The notes beneath the pieces are model-generated. The model ran no database searches. It saw only the letters and a program-made list of their open reading frames with translations, and had not been told where the DNA came from. Positions 37,706 through 48,459 of a DNA stretch of 64,000 bases are shown here, piece by piece. The position numbers and the translations under genes are program-made. The stretch's first letter is position 1, and the number at the start of each line of letters is the position of its first letter. This DNA is from an uncultured bacterium (GTDB taxonomy: Bacteria > Armatimonadota > Abditibacteriia > Abditibacteriales > Abditibacteriaceae), in assembly GCA_963843795.1 (NCBI GenBank), contig CAWJLW010000006.1, positions 992,001 to 1,056,000 on the forward strand. The letters are read 5' to 3'.

Positions 37706-40700
37706 TCAACGATACAAACGATTGCTCAGTGCGCGCGCGATCCATTGTTTTTCGCTGTAGCCAGTCAAGTTTCCGAACGCTTCGTCGATGCTTTCCCCGG
37801 AACCTAAGCGTTGCATAATCTCCGTTACGCCGCCTTCGCCAATTTGTTGATACAAGCGCGGCAACAGCGTGGTGCCGGGATTTTCGGGCACGCCCAGCAA
37901 GGCGAGCTGCGCGCAAGTGGTGAAATAATCGCGGTCGTTGGCCCACCAGATGTCTAATTTGGTGAAGTCGATGTCGATTTCGTTGGGATCGTCCACGTGG
38001 TCGAGGATATTGAAACGAGTATTGACTTTTCCACCTTTCTTCGAGGTGAATTCGACTAATGTGCCAAAGGGAATCGCGCGAAAATAACCGTTGGTGGGAA
38101 AACCGCTGTCGGTCATAGCGCGCGCCATGTATTGGCGCGACAGGCTGACAAAGCCATCGCGCATCCACTGCGGCGGGCGCGTGCCGCCTTCGGTAATCGT
38201 GTTGATCATCACATCGGCGTGCGCTTTGGCCAGCGCGGTCGGAATGCCGATCATCATGCGAATCTGGCGTTTTTGCAGTGCCCGATTAATATCTAATTGT
38301 GGCGCGTCGGGTGCGGTGGGAATCAGGATGCGCGTGCCCACGGCCAAACCTGTGTTGGCGCTGCCGGTGTAGCGCACCTTCGCCAGAGCGACTTGCGGCG
38401 GTAAGTTGGCACGCACACGAGCGAGACGCTCGCGTTCCATTTGTTTCATCAACGAGTATTCGACCCAGGTCGGGCCACCATTTTCGATGGATTTCCCGCT
38501 CACCGCTGCCATTGATGAAGAAAGTGGAGGAGCACGATAAACGCCATTGGCCAGCGAAAGCATGGCTCCAACGCTTGGACAAAAAGTGATGTCTTCGGCA
38601 TCGGTGTTCCAGCCGAAAACGCACGAACCGGAATGCAAGCGCAACGTTTGCGCGACTTGTGTAATGAGTTCAGGACGCGCGCTATTGGAAGCGGGTGGCT
38701 CGTACAATTTATCGACATGTGATTTCGCGACATTCGGATTCATTCCGTTTTGCACCAGAACCGCGGTTCGGTAGGGACGCAGAGAATGCGAATCCTCCAA
38801 CCAGCCGCGCTGAGGAATTTCGGGCAAGCCTCCCATGAGACTTGCCATTAATGGCGCCATGCTACCGCTCGATAAAATTCTTCCGCCGTTCAGGGTAAAT
38901 AATGTCGTGCTTTGCCTGCCCCCTCTGTTTAAAAGCGACGACTTAATTTCGGCGCCCAACGGCGCATCGCGCGCCAGCAGCGAACGCGCGCCCAAAGCAT
39001 CGGCAATCCATCTTACCAATACTTCGCGCGGCACGCCGCCAACCGTTTTGGGAGCCGCTGCAAGTACTTGCGGGGCTTCATCCGCTTGTGCCGCTTCATC
39101 CGCAGCCTGTCGAGCCTGAAGTTCTTGGGCTTGTAAGGTTTTCTCGCGCAGCGCGGTTTCGGCTTCGCCACCAAACAGTTGATAGTCTGCGGGCAAGCTA
39201 TTATCAGCTTCTGGTTCGGGGGCAATCGGTTCTCCGGGCGCGCTTTGCAGTGCGTATTGCCAAGACACGGCGGCATCGCTCAGCGCGTTTAAGCGCAGCT
39301 GCGAATTGACTTTTGTGTCGTCGATTTCGCCCGCTGTGAGCAAGCCGCGCCATAACCAATAAGCAGCGGGTTCCACTCCGACACGGCGCGCGCGTCGCGT
39401 CCAGTCGAGGCTAGAAATTTGCTTGTCGAAATCGCGCTGCGCCGTCGCGTGTGTGTATAAAACAAACATTTGCGCTGCCGCCGCGCGATACGATTGATAC
39501 AAACTTTCATCTTCCGAAAGCTCGTCGCTTTCATCGAATTCTTCGTCGGCGCTTTGCGCACCGAAACCTTCCGCTTCAGACGACAACTCGCCGCTGTCAT
39601 TCATCGCATTGTCGTCATCGGCGTAAAATGGCAATTTGCTGGCGCGCAAGTTTTGTGCGGCCTGTTCGCGCGCGGCGCGGTCGAAAATTGCCAGTGTGCG
39701 CTCGATTTCCGTTTTGGGCATCAGCAATCGAAAGCGCGAGGTGGCCAGAAACAGCAAGCGCCGCCGCTTGCCGCCTTCGGTAGCATTGGCGATGGCTTGG
39801 TAGAAATCGGCTTCTTTGGCGGTGCGCACATCGGATTTGACCTTGCCAAAGCGCGCATCGACTTGCTCGCGGCTTAGAGTTTGGTCGCTATCAAGTTCCA
39901 GCATTTGCGCCACATCTTCGGGCGCGGCTTCGACGTTATCGTCTTGCATCTCACGCCGAATTTCGGCTGAAACGCGCGCCCAGTCGATGCGATAACGTCG
40001 CCGCCAGCGATCATAAGCGCGCTCAATGGGTGGAGTCGGCATGCCAACCCAATTTTTTGCCACCAAACTTTCGATCAGCGTGCCCACATTCTGCTCGAAA
40101 ACCTCTCCGTCGGCGCGTTGGGTTTCAATAAAGCGCGGCAACACCAGAACCCAGCCGCGCCCGTATGGCGCTATCGCTGCTGCGTAACGCTCTTTGAAAC
40201 CCGGCTCATTGCTGCCAGAAATTCCGACTGTCGGACGCGCTAAATCGGTCACGCGCAATAAAGGTACGCCATCGGGATGACCTAAAACTAAACAATCGCC
40301 AGCTCGTAACTGGTAAAAAACAATGCGAACGCCCAGTGCGGCGAAAGTCGCGCCCTCGCTCGAAGCGCTTTTGCCATTCCATAACGCCGGATGCATTCCA
40401 AAATGCAGCGCTGCACGCGCACGACCAAACAATTGACCGGCTTGATCTCGAGTGGCAGAGCGCGCGTAAAGTGTGCGAAAACCGAAGCTTTGCGCGACAT
40501 CGGTGTGCAAAATAAGCACGCCGCCATTGCGCGTCCAGTTTTGCAATTGTTCCAAAAGCGGAGCGCCGTTGGGCGCGCTTTCGTTTTCCCATTCAGACAA
40601 GTTGCCCTCAATGGAAAGCACGCGCGCGGTTTGATTGCGCAGAAGTTCGCGCGCGCCTTCGGGCCGCACCGTAGTGACTTTCAACGCGCCGATGCGCGTT

Positions 40701-40795
40701 TGCGCGATGGGTGGAGAATTTTCTTCCTTGTCTTGCGCTTGGCACCACGATGAAGTCGAAACCAGCAAAGCAATAATCCAAAGAAACTGGCGCAT
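37706..40795 (-). CDS. Large secreted hypothetical protein (1029 aa) with a degenerate peptidase MA-like C-terminus
   Basis: Signal peptide and long ORF. PPQWMRDGF and GEGGVTEIMQRLGSGESIDEAFGNLTGYS resemble gluzincin-like C-termini, but there is no HExxH. Confidence 0.7.
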   Translation of the reverse strand: MRQFLWIIALLVSTSSWCQAQDKEENSPPIAQTRIGALKVTTVRPEGARELLRNQTARVLSIEGNLSEWENESAPNGAPLLEQLQNWTRNGGVLILHTDVAQSFGFRTLYARSATRDQAGQLFGRARAALHFGMHPALWNGKSASSEGATFAALGVRIVFYQLRAGDCLVLGHPDGVPLLRVTDLARPTVGISGSNEPGFKERYAAAIAPYGRGWVLVLPRFIETQRADGEVFEQNVGTLIESLVAKNWVGMPTPPIERAYDRWRRRYRIDWARVSAEIRREMQDDNVEAAPEDVAQMLELDSDQTLSREQVDARFGKVKSDVRTAKEADFYQAIANATEGGKRRRLLFLATSRFRLLMPKTEIERTLAIFDRAAREQAAQNLRASKLPFYADDDNAMNDSGELSSEAEGFGAQSADEEFDESDELSEDESLYQSYRAAAAQMFVLYTHATAQRDFDKQISSLDWTRRARRVGVEPAAYWLWRGLLTAGEIDDTKVNSQLRLNALSDAAVSWQYALQSAPGEPIAPEPEADNSLPADYQLFGGEAETALREKTLQAQELQARQAADEAAQADEAPQVLAAAPKTVGGVPREVLVRWIADALGARSLLARDAPLGAEIKSSLLNRGGRQSTTLFTLNGGRILSSGSMAPLMASLMGGLPEIPQRGWLEDSHSLRPYRTAVLVQNGMNPNVAKSHVDKLYEPPASNSARPELITQVAQTLRLHSGSCVFGWNTDAEDITFCPSVGAMLSLANGVYRAPPLSSSMAAVSGKSIENGGPTWVEYSLMKQMERERLARVRANLPPQVALAKVRYTGSANTGLAVGTRILIPTAPDAPQLDINRALQKRQIRMMIGIPTALAKAHADVMINTITEGGTRPPQWMRDGFVSLSRQYMARAMTDSGFPTNGYFRAIPFGTLVEFTSKKGGKVNTRFNILDHVDDPNEIDIDFTKLDIWWANDRDYFTTCAQLALLGVPENPGTTLLPRLYQQIGEGGVTEIMQRLGSGESIDEAFGNLTGYSEKQWIARALSNRLYR

Positions 40796-41009
40796 AACTT
40801 TCGCTCCCTGTCACGTTGTGCTCACGTTGTGCTGTGGAGAAATCAGTGAAATCAAGATGATTGTAACATAACTTTATGAAATTCTGACAATGCTGGTTGG
40901 GACGCTCCGTAAAGTGATATTTGCGGTTACAATAAACATTGAATTCCCGGCTGCAAGTAACTTGCGGCGCGTGTTGTGCTTGGTGCAGCCCCGATTTGGA
41001 GAAAATTTC

Positions 41010-43656
41010 ATGAGCCAAACTGCCGCCGCCTCGTCTTCGCAAAATTCTGTAGAAAACGCTATTCAAGGTTCCCTGTCGTGTTCGTGGTGTCGCGCCCTCA
41101 ATCGCGGCGATGCCAAAACCTGCGTCAGTTGCGGTGCGCCAGTGCTGGCTCCAGCGCGAACGAATCAGAAAACCTTCGCGAACGTTTTAGCGCCGGGTAC
41201 GCGATTACGCGCTGGCGATTACGAAATTCAGGATGTCATCGGGCAGGGCAGTGGCGGCATTATTTATCGCGCGTTCAATCATCGTTTGCATCGATTGGTG
41301 GCGATCAAAGAATGTTTTCCCGATTCGTGCGAGCGCGATGGCCGGCAATTACTTGCGGATAAAAACGCGACAGAATTTGCCCGCAGCAAGGCGGCTTTCT
41401 TGGAAGAAGCGCGCGCATTGGCGCGTTTCGACCAAGCGGCGATTGTGAGCGTTTTCGCGGTGTGGGAGGAAAATGGCAGCGCTTATATGGAAATGGAGCT
41501 GCTGCACGGGCCGACTCTGGCGCAGATTCTGGAGCGCTTCCACCATTTTCGTGCCGATGATGCGCTGCGCATTTTCGCGCCGCTTTTGCAAGCGTTGCAA
41601 CAGTTGCACGATCAAGATTGGTTGCACCTCGCCATCAATCCGCATCATATCGTGTTGTGTCATGCGGCGTTCGACGCCAAAGATGCCGCGAATTGTGTGC
41701 GTCAGGCGCGCGCCGTGCTAATTGATTTCGGTGCCGCACGCCAGATCAGGACGCAGGCCGCACAGGAAGCTGAGCCACGAGTCGTGCCGGGCTATACGCC
41801 GCTCGAACAATACACTCGAAGCGCACAATGCGGTGTTTATACTGATATTTACGCGCTGTGTGCCACGCTTTATCACACGCTGAGCGGCCAGGTTCCGCCA
41901 CCGGCAGATGAGCGCGCCAACGGTCGCGAACTGATTCCGCTGCGCCAACTCGCGCCCGCTGTGCCCGCAAGTACCTGCGCTGCCATCGAGAGTGGCTTGA
42001 AAATCGAAATCGTACAACGTCCGCAAGCTTGTGCGCACAGTGCAAAATTTGATGTCTATGCCAACGGTTGAGCAAACACAAAATCGGGCGCGGCAAGTAC
42101 TTGTCGCGCCAATTGCAAGCGTGCAACCAGTCGCACACGTGCCGCCAATCGGAAAAGCGCGGCAAGCACTTGCCGCACCTTTGGCCGTCGCACCAACGCC
42201 AACAGCGCCCCAAAAAACTGCGACGGGAGCGAATCGGGCGTGGGTGTTAGCGCCTCTTGCTGTTGCTACGATGTGGGGAGCGCTCAGCACGCAACGTTCG
42301 GCACAACGTTACCAAACGACGCCTGTGAAATGGACTGTCGAACCGCCTTTGGCACCCAATCCAATTTATATGGGGCCAAATAACTCGCCCTCACCTTATG
42401 TTTCCAACGGTCAGATTTTGCAACCCACGCTTTCGCCATTTGGCGTTTTGGCTGGGGTTGATCCTTCAGAAAATCCCGCTCCGTCGATAATTCGTTTGTG
42501 GGAGTCGCAAAGTGGACGAGTGTTGTGCTCGTTGACGACTTTGAGCGCTGGACGCGGTGTGCAAATGAAATTTTCGCCCGACGGAAATTTGTTGGCAATT
42601 CGTGAAGCCTCTATCAACGACATTACCCCTTCGCTATTTTCCGATAACAAATATACGTTTGAAGAAGCGCAGCTATCGAACTTGTCGCCCCGCCAATCGA
42701 CGTTGAGTGTGTGGGAAGTGGCCAGCGGAAAAATCTTGTGGCGTAGGCCGGTGATGGCCGCGACTTTGGACTGGTCGCACGATGGTAATGACTTGATTTT
42801 GCAAAGGTCGCGCAATACGATTGTGTTGTGCGAGGCACGCAGTGGCCAAGTGCGCAACGGCCAAGTGCCTAGCAGTCAAGCGGTTGAATCCATTCCGTCG
42901 AGTCAGATTTCTGCAGACGCGCAGTGGTTTGCCGATGCCGACCAGAGAGAAATTCGCGCGATGCCAACAAGTGGGCGGCGCGGCTGGAAATGGCAATTAT
43001 CATCTTCTGAGCTTTTGGGAACTTTGAGTTTTGCGCCCGATAACAGTTGGCTGATGGCGCTGGGAATTTACGGTGTCAATTCCAAATCCCACACTCAGGC
43101 CAATATTGGCACCGGAGGTCGCGCGCGGTTTTACGACTTGGAAACCGGTAAAGAAATTAATACCTGGAGTGGCAATTCCGAAGATGATAACGGCGCGGCT
43201 TTCTTCACGACGGCTTCGCCGCGCGGTCGTTATTTGGCCATCAAGCGTTTTCCCAACGTACTGCGCATCTGGGAAGTGCGCACCGGTCGCGATTTCGCTT
43301 TTCGCTGGGCGCAGTCAGTAACCAATTCCACACTACAGCAGAATGCGAAGGATGAAAATCCCGATTTGTTTGGCTGGCAAGGCACAGAATTTTCGCCGGA
43401 TGAAAACCTGATTTTGTTATCGGGAGGCCGTGAAAATATGTGGCTGATCGATTTGCGAGCGCGCACTATTCGCCAGACCAGGCCAGTTTTACCAACATCG
43501 TCAAAATACTCGATCAGGGCACGCTTTACTCAGGATAATCAGCACATCGTTTGGTCCGATAGTACAACTGGAAAAATGGGGCGTTTGTCATTGAATGATT
43601 TCAATGGGAAAGTGCCGGTCGAAATTATCGACGGCGCAACCTCGCGTCCCGAATAA
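41010..43656 (+). CDS. Zinc-ribbon + Ser/Thr kinase-like domain + TM + WD40-like beta-propeller, split by one apparent +1 frameshift near 42030
   Basis: CSWC..CVSC, IGQGSGG, VAIKE, LIDFGAAR, GYTPLEQY, TDIYAL. Continues in ORF 42031-43656 with a TM segment and FSPDG/WD-like repeats. Confidence 0.75.
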
Positions 43657-43741
43657 GCGATTTAAATTGCCTTGCAGAGTACTTGTAGGGCATATCATTT
43701 GCGGTAGCGCGCTTCATCGATTTTTAAGAAAGGGGAAATTC

Positions 43742-43909
43742 ATGAAAGCACAATTGAAAGCAGCTCTCACCGTGAGCGTTTTGGTTTTATTAGTGGGATT
43801 GGCCGGATGCGGCAGCAGCGCTCCAACTGAAGAACAGGCGGCCAATCGCAGCGAAACGTCTTCAAGTGGCAGCGGCAGCATGGCAGCCGGCGGCGAACGC
43901 GGCCAATAA
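43742..43909 (+). CDS. Small lipoprotein (55 aa)
   Basis: MKAQLKAALTVSVLVLLVGLAGCGSS (lipobox LAGC), purine-rich RBS upstream. Confidence 0.75.
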   Translation: MKAQLKAALTVSVLVLLVGLAGCGSSAPTEEQAANRSETSSSGSGSMAAGGERGQ

Positions 43910-43931
43910 ATTAACCGTTGCGAGTGAAAAG

Positions 43932-43973
43932 AAAACCAAAGCGCGAAGCCAAATGGCTTCGCGCTTTGGTTTT
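43932..43973. terminator. Bidirectional terminator-like hairpin
   Basis: AAAACCAAAGCGCGAAGCCA-AA-TGGCTTCGCGCTTTGGTTTT between convergent genes. Confidence 0.8.
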
Positions 43974-44005
43974 TTCGCGCTGAAATTTTTCGCACAGGAT
44001 ATTTA

Positions 44006-45766
44006 TTATCCCGGCATTTGTTCGTCTGTAATTCCGTGTCCTTCGGTGAGAGTGTAAAAGCGGTCGGCGTGCAGATTTTTCAATTCTTCGCGTGCGCCGC
44101 TGGGCCAGCGCACAATCAAGTGCTCGATTTTGGCAGCATCGCCCAAACCGAAATAAACGCGGCGATCGCTGGATGACATAAAGCTGGAACCGGAGCGCAC
44201 TTCTGCGGTTTGACGCACGTTACCGGCACGGATTTCAAATTTCGCATGCGCTCCATCACGATTGGATTTGGTGCCAATTGTGCGGAATGAAACCCAGTGA
44301 TTGTCGTTTTGGGTTTGGTTGTGGAACAGTTGCGGCGCGGCATTTTGCGACACGGCCAGAATATCGATGCGGCCATCGTTATCATAATCTCCAGTCGCCA
44401 AACCGCGTCCGACAGTTGGTGTTTTTAAATCGCCTAATTTCGCTGGATCGGTAATTTCGCGAAAGTATAAACCCTTTTCGTTGTGCAAAAGCTGTTTGGG
44501 CTGCTCGTACGCAACACCTGGTTCGCGCTTGTTTTTCCGCATTTGTACATGTCCGTTGTTGGCGATAATATCGGTCCAGCTATCGGCGTCATAATCGAGA
44601 AACTCGCAGCCGAATGACAAGTACTTGAGATGCAAAAAAGCCATGCGGGCTTGCGTGGTGGCGTCTTCGAACGAGCCTCTCAAATTTTTGAACAGAATAT
44701 TGGGGCGTGCTGAAAAATTAGAAATATAAAGGCTCTGCTGGCCCGAATGATCGTAATCGGCGACACCAATTCCCATCGCCGCGATTCCCTGTCCTTCGCC
44801 ATCGTAAGCGACGCCTTTCTGGTTGGCCGCGTTGGAAAAGGTGCCGTTGCCGTTGTTGTGCCACAGCATATTGGGCGTCACATCGTTGGCCACGAAAATA
44901 TCGGGTTTCCCATCATCATCGTAATCTGTCCATGCCACGGCCAAACCGCGACCTTTGGCCTTGGTAATTCCCGCTGCTTCGCTCACATCGATGAAGCCCC
45001 CTTGGGTGTTGTGATACAACCGGTGTGCAACCGGATCGTAAAGTTGTGGGTGACAATAATCCAGAAGCCCTGTTGTTTCGTTGCGACATTCTTTGTCGTT
45101 AGCATGGCTCCAATTCGCATAGTAACAAACGTATAAATCAAGCCGACCATCGCTATCGTAATCGCCCCACGCCGCCGAGGTCGCATAGCCAGTGCCATGA
45201 ACCTTCGCTAACCCGACTTGCTGCGTCACGTCTTCAAATTTCCCCTTGCCCTTGTTGCGCAAAAGATGATTTCCGCCGAAAGCGGTGATAAAAATATCGT
45301 CGCGCCCATCGTTATCGTAATCGCCGACAGAGGCACCCTGAGCGTAGCCCAAATCTTTATCGAAGCCCGAACCCTGCGTGACATCGCGAAAAGTTCCATC
45401 TCCCTGATTGCGATATAACGCACAAAACGGACGATTCTTAACGGTCGCGGCGGGTTCGGACGAACCGGATTGAATGAGGAAAATATCCAGCAAACCATCG
45501 CCATCGAAGTCGATGAAAGCGCAACCCGGAGCCGTGAATTCGACAAAATAAAAGCGTCCCGCATTGCCGAGTTGGTGCTTGAAATTCAAGCCCGCACTCG
45601 CTGCTACATCCCGAAAAAGTGTTTGCGAGGCATCCGCGCTCGCTGTTGTTCTATTGGCAACTGCGCTGTTATTAGCGGTAAGCGTGTCTGGTTTTGAAGT
45701 GCAACTGGCTAAAATTACACAGCACAAGATGGCCTTGAGGGCGAAAAAAAACAGACGAGGAAGCAT
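44006..45766 (-). CDS. CRTAC1/FG-GAP-repeat lipoprotein with ASPIC/UnbV domain
   Basis: Lipobox LASC, DFDGDGLLDIF, GDYDNDGRDDIF, SNRDG, YFGLG...VRWPSG. Confidence 0.9.
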   Translation of the reverse strand: MLPRLFFFALKAILCCVILASCTSKPDTLTANNSAVANRTTASADASQTLFRDVAASAGLNFKHQLGNAGRFYFVEFTAPGCAFIDFDGDGLLDIFLIQSGSSEPAATVKNRPFCALYRNQGDGTFRDVTQGSGFDKDLGYAQGASVGDYDNDGRDDIFITAFGGNHLLRNKGKGKFEDVTQQVGLAKVHGTGYATSAAWGDYDSDGRLDLYVCYYANWSHANDKECRNETTGLLDYCHPQLYDPVAHRLYHNTQGGFIDVSEAAGITKAKGRGLAVAWTDYDDDGKPDIFVANDVTPNMLWHNNGNGTFSNAANQKGVAYDGEGQGIAAMGIGVADYDHSGQQSLYISNFSARPNILFKNLRGSFEDATTQARMAFLHLKYLSFGCEFLDYDADSWTDIIANNGHVQMRKNKREPGVAYEQPKQLLHNEKGLYFREITDPAKLGDLKTPTVGRGLATGDYDNDGRIDILAVSQNAAPQLFHNQTQNDNHWVSFRTIGTKSNRDGAHAKFEIRAGNVRQTAEVRSGSSFMSSSDRRVYFGLGDAAKIEHLIVRWPSGAREELKNLHADRFYTLTEGHGITDEQMPG

Positions 45767-45814
45767 AAAACGATAAGAAACTGTGTAAGGATAAAGCGCA
45801 ATTTTACCTCAGTT

Positions 45815-47167
45815 TTAGCCGGTTGGAATTCTGGTGATAGAGATTTGCTGATCGACCGGCAATTTCTGCACTGCGCTTTCAGTTCTGGGGTCTTCTGGCC
45901 TTAGCACTACGGCGTGATAAAGCTGGTCGCGCGCGATTTGCATATTGTTGGATTGTAGCGCTTTCAAGCCGGCCTGCAAGTACTTGCCATAGGTGGTTTC
46001 CAACTTTTGCTTCATAGCAAGTACTTGCGCGTCTCGTGGGGCGATTTGAAGCAGTTGATCCATGTAATATTGGGGCGGCCCGATCTGTTTTTGCTCATAG
46101 CGATAACGATACAACTCGTAGGCATCACCGTCTTTTTCGACGCTTTTTATCTGCAGCGCAATAAGCTGTAAATAGTTGGCAAGCTCTTTGGGAGAACGTT
46201 CGATACGATCTTTCAGCCCTTGCATCGCCTGATTCTGCTGTTTGAGTGCAGTGAAACGTTCTTGAAGTGCCTGAGCTTTTTGCGGTTCGCCCGCCATACG
46301 ATAAGCTTTGGCCAGTTCGAGGAAATGAGCCGAAGCGTAAGGCCGCCCGCGCCCCACTGCTTGGAAATGTTTGATGGCTTCGCGCGGTTGATTTTCTAAC
46401 AACGCCACACGCGCTAATGAACGATGGGCTTCGAGGTTGTCGGGTTCAAACGTGAGAACTTTTTTCCAATCGGCTTTGGCACGCTGCAAATTTTCTGGCG
46501 TAGGTTCGCTATAAAGCGCTTTGGCGTGCGCGTCCAAAGTGACGATGTTGTCCGGCTCCATCGCTAACGCCTTGTCCAGCAGAGGCTGCGCTTCGGCGTA
46601 GTTATAGCGTTCGGAATATTCCAAGGCCAACGCTAGCATTACCGTTGGGTTTTGCGGCTGCAATTTGTAAAGGCGTTGCAAATAATTAAGATGATCATCG
46701 TTGCGATGTTGAGTGCCTGAAACCGATGAAGCCACACGTAACGCAGGAATATTTTCCGGTTCTTTTTTTAATTCGGCTTCGGCATAAGCTCGCGCAGCTT
46801 CTAAATTACCCAGTTCCAACGCACATTTCGCCAGACGCGCATTCAAATCGCTGGTGTCCGGCTTGATTTGAAGGACGTGCTTGAAGGCTTCTAATGCCGA
46901 CGACCAATTATTCTCTGTCAAATAATAGTCGCCCAGCAAAACCCAGGCATCGGCATTGTTCGGCTCAAGTTTTACTGCTTGGCGCCACTCGATGGCCGCG
47001 GCCATGCTTTGGCCGCTTTCCATTTTTTGCAAGCCCGAATTAATATGACGCTGAGCCGGTGACTGCGCATAGCGCCAAGCCCAACTGCCCAACACAATGG
47101 CCATTAACAAAAGCAGAGCCGCGCTGGTGCGCGTTGAAAGGCGACGAATTATGGTTCGGAGTTGCAT
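45815..47167 (-). CDS. Membrane-anchored tetratricopeptide repeat protein
   Basis: N-terminal TM and TPR repeats (EPNNADAWVLLGDYY...). Start placed at ATG 47167. Confidence 0.85.
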   Translation of the reverse strand: MQLRTIIRRLSTRTSAALLLLMAIVLGSWAWRYAQSPAQRHINSGLQKMESGQSMAAAIEWRQAVKLEPNNADAWVLLGDYYLTENNWSSALEAFKHVLQIKPDTSDLNARLAKCALELGNLEAARAYAEAELKKEPENIPALRVASSVSGTQHRNDDHLNYLQRLYKLQPQNPTVMLALALEYSERYNYAEAQPLLDKALAMEPDNIVTLDAHAKALYSEPTPENLQRAKADWKKVLTFEPDNLEAHRSLARVALLENQPREAIKHFQAVGRGRPYASAHFLELAKAYRMAGEPQKAQALQERFTALKQQNQAMQGLKDRIERSPKELANYLQLIALQIKSVEKDGDAYELYRYRYEQKQIGPPQYYMDQLLQIAPRDAQVLAMKQKLETTYGKYLQAGLKALQSNNMQIARDQLYHAVVLRPEDPRTESAVQKLPVDQQISITRIPTG

Positions 47168-47251
47168 AAAAGTGAAAACAATCGTCACTGTCAAAAACAA
47201 ATCGAAAAGAAGCCATCGAAAAAGTAATTAGCAGCAGTGCAAAAAGCAGAC

Positions 47252-47285
47252 GCCCAGAGCGACGACAGGTGTCGTCGCTCTGGGC
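47252..47285 (-). terminator. Strong stem-loop after the second prepilin-like gene
   Basis: GCCCAGAGCGACGACA-GG-TGTCGTCGCTCTGGGC, with a T run a few nt downstream on the minus strand. Confidence 0.7.
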
Positions 47286-47321
47286 ATCAAGCAGGGCATT
47301 ATCGAGTGTGAAAGCGATTTT

Positions 47322-48137
47322 TTACTGGGGCAGGTCAACGTCCCAGTTGATCCAGGTTCCAACGGTCGGGTTGACCGAAGGGTGACCGGTCAACTGCGTT
47401 ACATTGCCTTTTACGCCACGCGCAGCTTTGACATGACCATCGGTGTACAACACATTAGCAGTACCCAGATGAACCATCGGTTGGCCATTAGCAACCGATC
47501 CAGCAGCCAATTCGAGGTTGCTGCCTTCAGCAGCGGTTTTGTCCATCGCGTCGTAGATGCCGCACAAATACCAATTGCTGTAGTTTGTGCCACCTGCGCC
47601 GCAACCGCGACGCTCGCCCGCGAATACGGTTAGCGCTGGCGAGTTGATGGCGGCCAAACTTGCGCCTTCGCGCGTCCTTTGGCGGCCTCCTCCGTTGGCG
47701 ATATGCACTGCCAGATAGGTCGCAATAGCATAGGAACGGCGCACGTTGGCACCAAAACCGTAGGTCGATAAATCGTAGCGTGGCGAAAGCGTATCGCTGG
47801 GACATTCTAAGGCTTGCATACTTTTAAAATAAGGCTGCATCGCCAAAGACCAGTCGATGGAAAGATGGCCCGGCTCACGATAATAAGCCGCATCCGTAGC
47901 AGGATTGCCGCCCACTTCAAAAAGCGGAAAACGTTCGTCGTAATCTTGAGTGTATTGAATTAAACCCAAACCGATCTGTTTCATGTTACTGGAACAGCTC
48001 GTGCGACGCGCATTTTCGCGCGCCCGTGCAAAAACCGGAAATAGAATCGCCGCCAAAATAGCGATGATCGCTATGACGACTAAAAGTTCGATAAGCGTGA
48101 ACCCTTTGAGGTTACGCTGAGAGGTGAAGCGCTTCAT
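47322..48137 (-). CDS. Prepilin-type N-terminal cleavage/methylation protein (DUF1559, H-X9-DG)
   Basis: [45 protein letters not shown]...CPSD...[15 protein letters not shown]. Confidence 0.93.
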   Translation of the reverse strand: MKRFTSQRNLKGFTLIELLVVIAIIAILAAILFPVFARARENARRTSCSSNMKQIGLGLIQYTQDYDERFPLFEVGGNPATDAAYYREPGHLSIDWSLAMQPYFKSMQALECPSDTLSPRYDLSTYGFGANVRRSYAIATYLAVHIANGGGRQRTREGASLAAINSPALTVFAGERRGCGAGGTNYSNWYLCGIYDAMDKTAAEGSNLELAAGSVANGQPMVHLGTANVLYTDGHVKAARGVKGNVTQLTGHPSVNPTVGTWINWDVDLPQ

Positions 48138-48459
48138 AAAAAACTCCTTTGTTCCCTTGCGCTGCCGCGCGAAATACCGTTTAAAGTGCTGGATTAGAAA
48201 TAATTATAACCAATAATTGTGCCAATTTGACAGGAAATCGGCGAAAAAATGAAAATTTAGGCAACTTCATATCAATTTCCTAAGTTGGGCCATTGCTTTA
48301 AGTCTTGCGATTGTGCGTGTTAGCGCTTTAAGTGCATAGCGATTGGTAAATTCGGCTTAGTTTTCTTTTGATCTCGTGCTATCCTTTGATGGGTTTTAAG
48401 TAGCACTCGTGGCGACGGCATTGTCTCGGATGTGCTGCAAGTACTTGCGGGGTGAAACG

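Noticed and set aside
48140..48459. M-box (ykoK) riboswitch upstream of mgtE
   Set aside because: The conserved TAGGTGAGGCT-like core was not seen.
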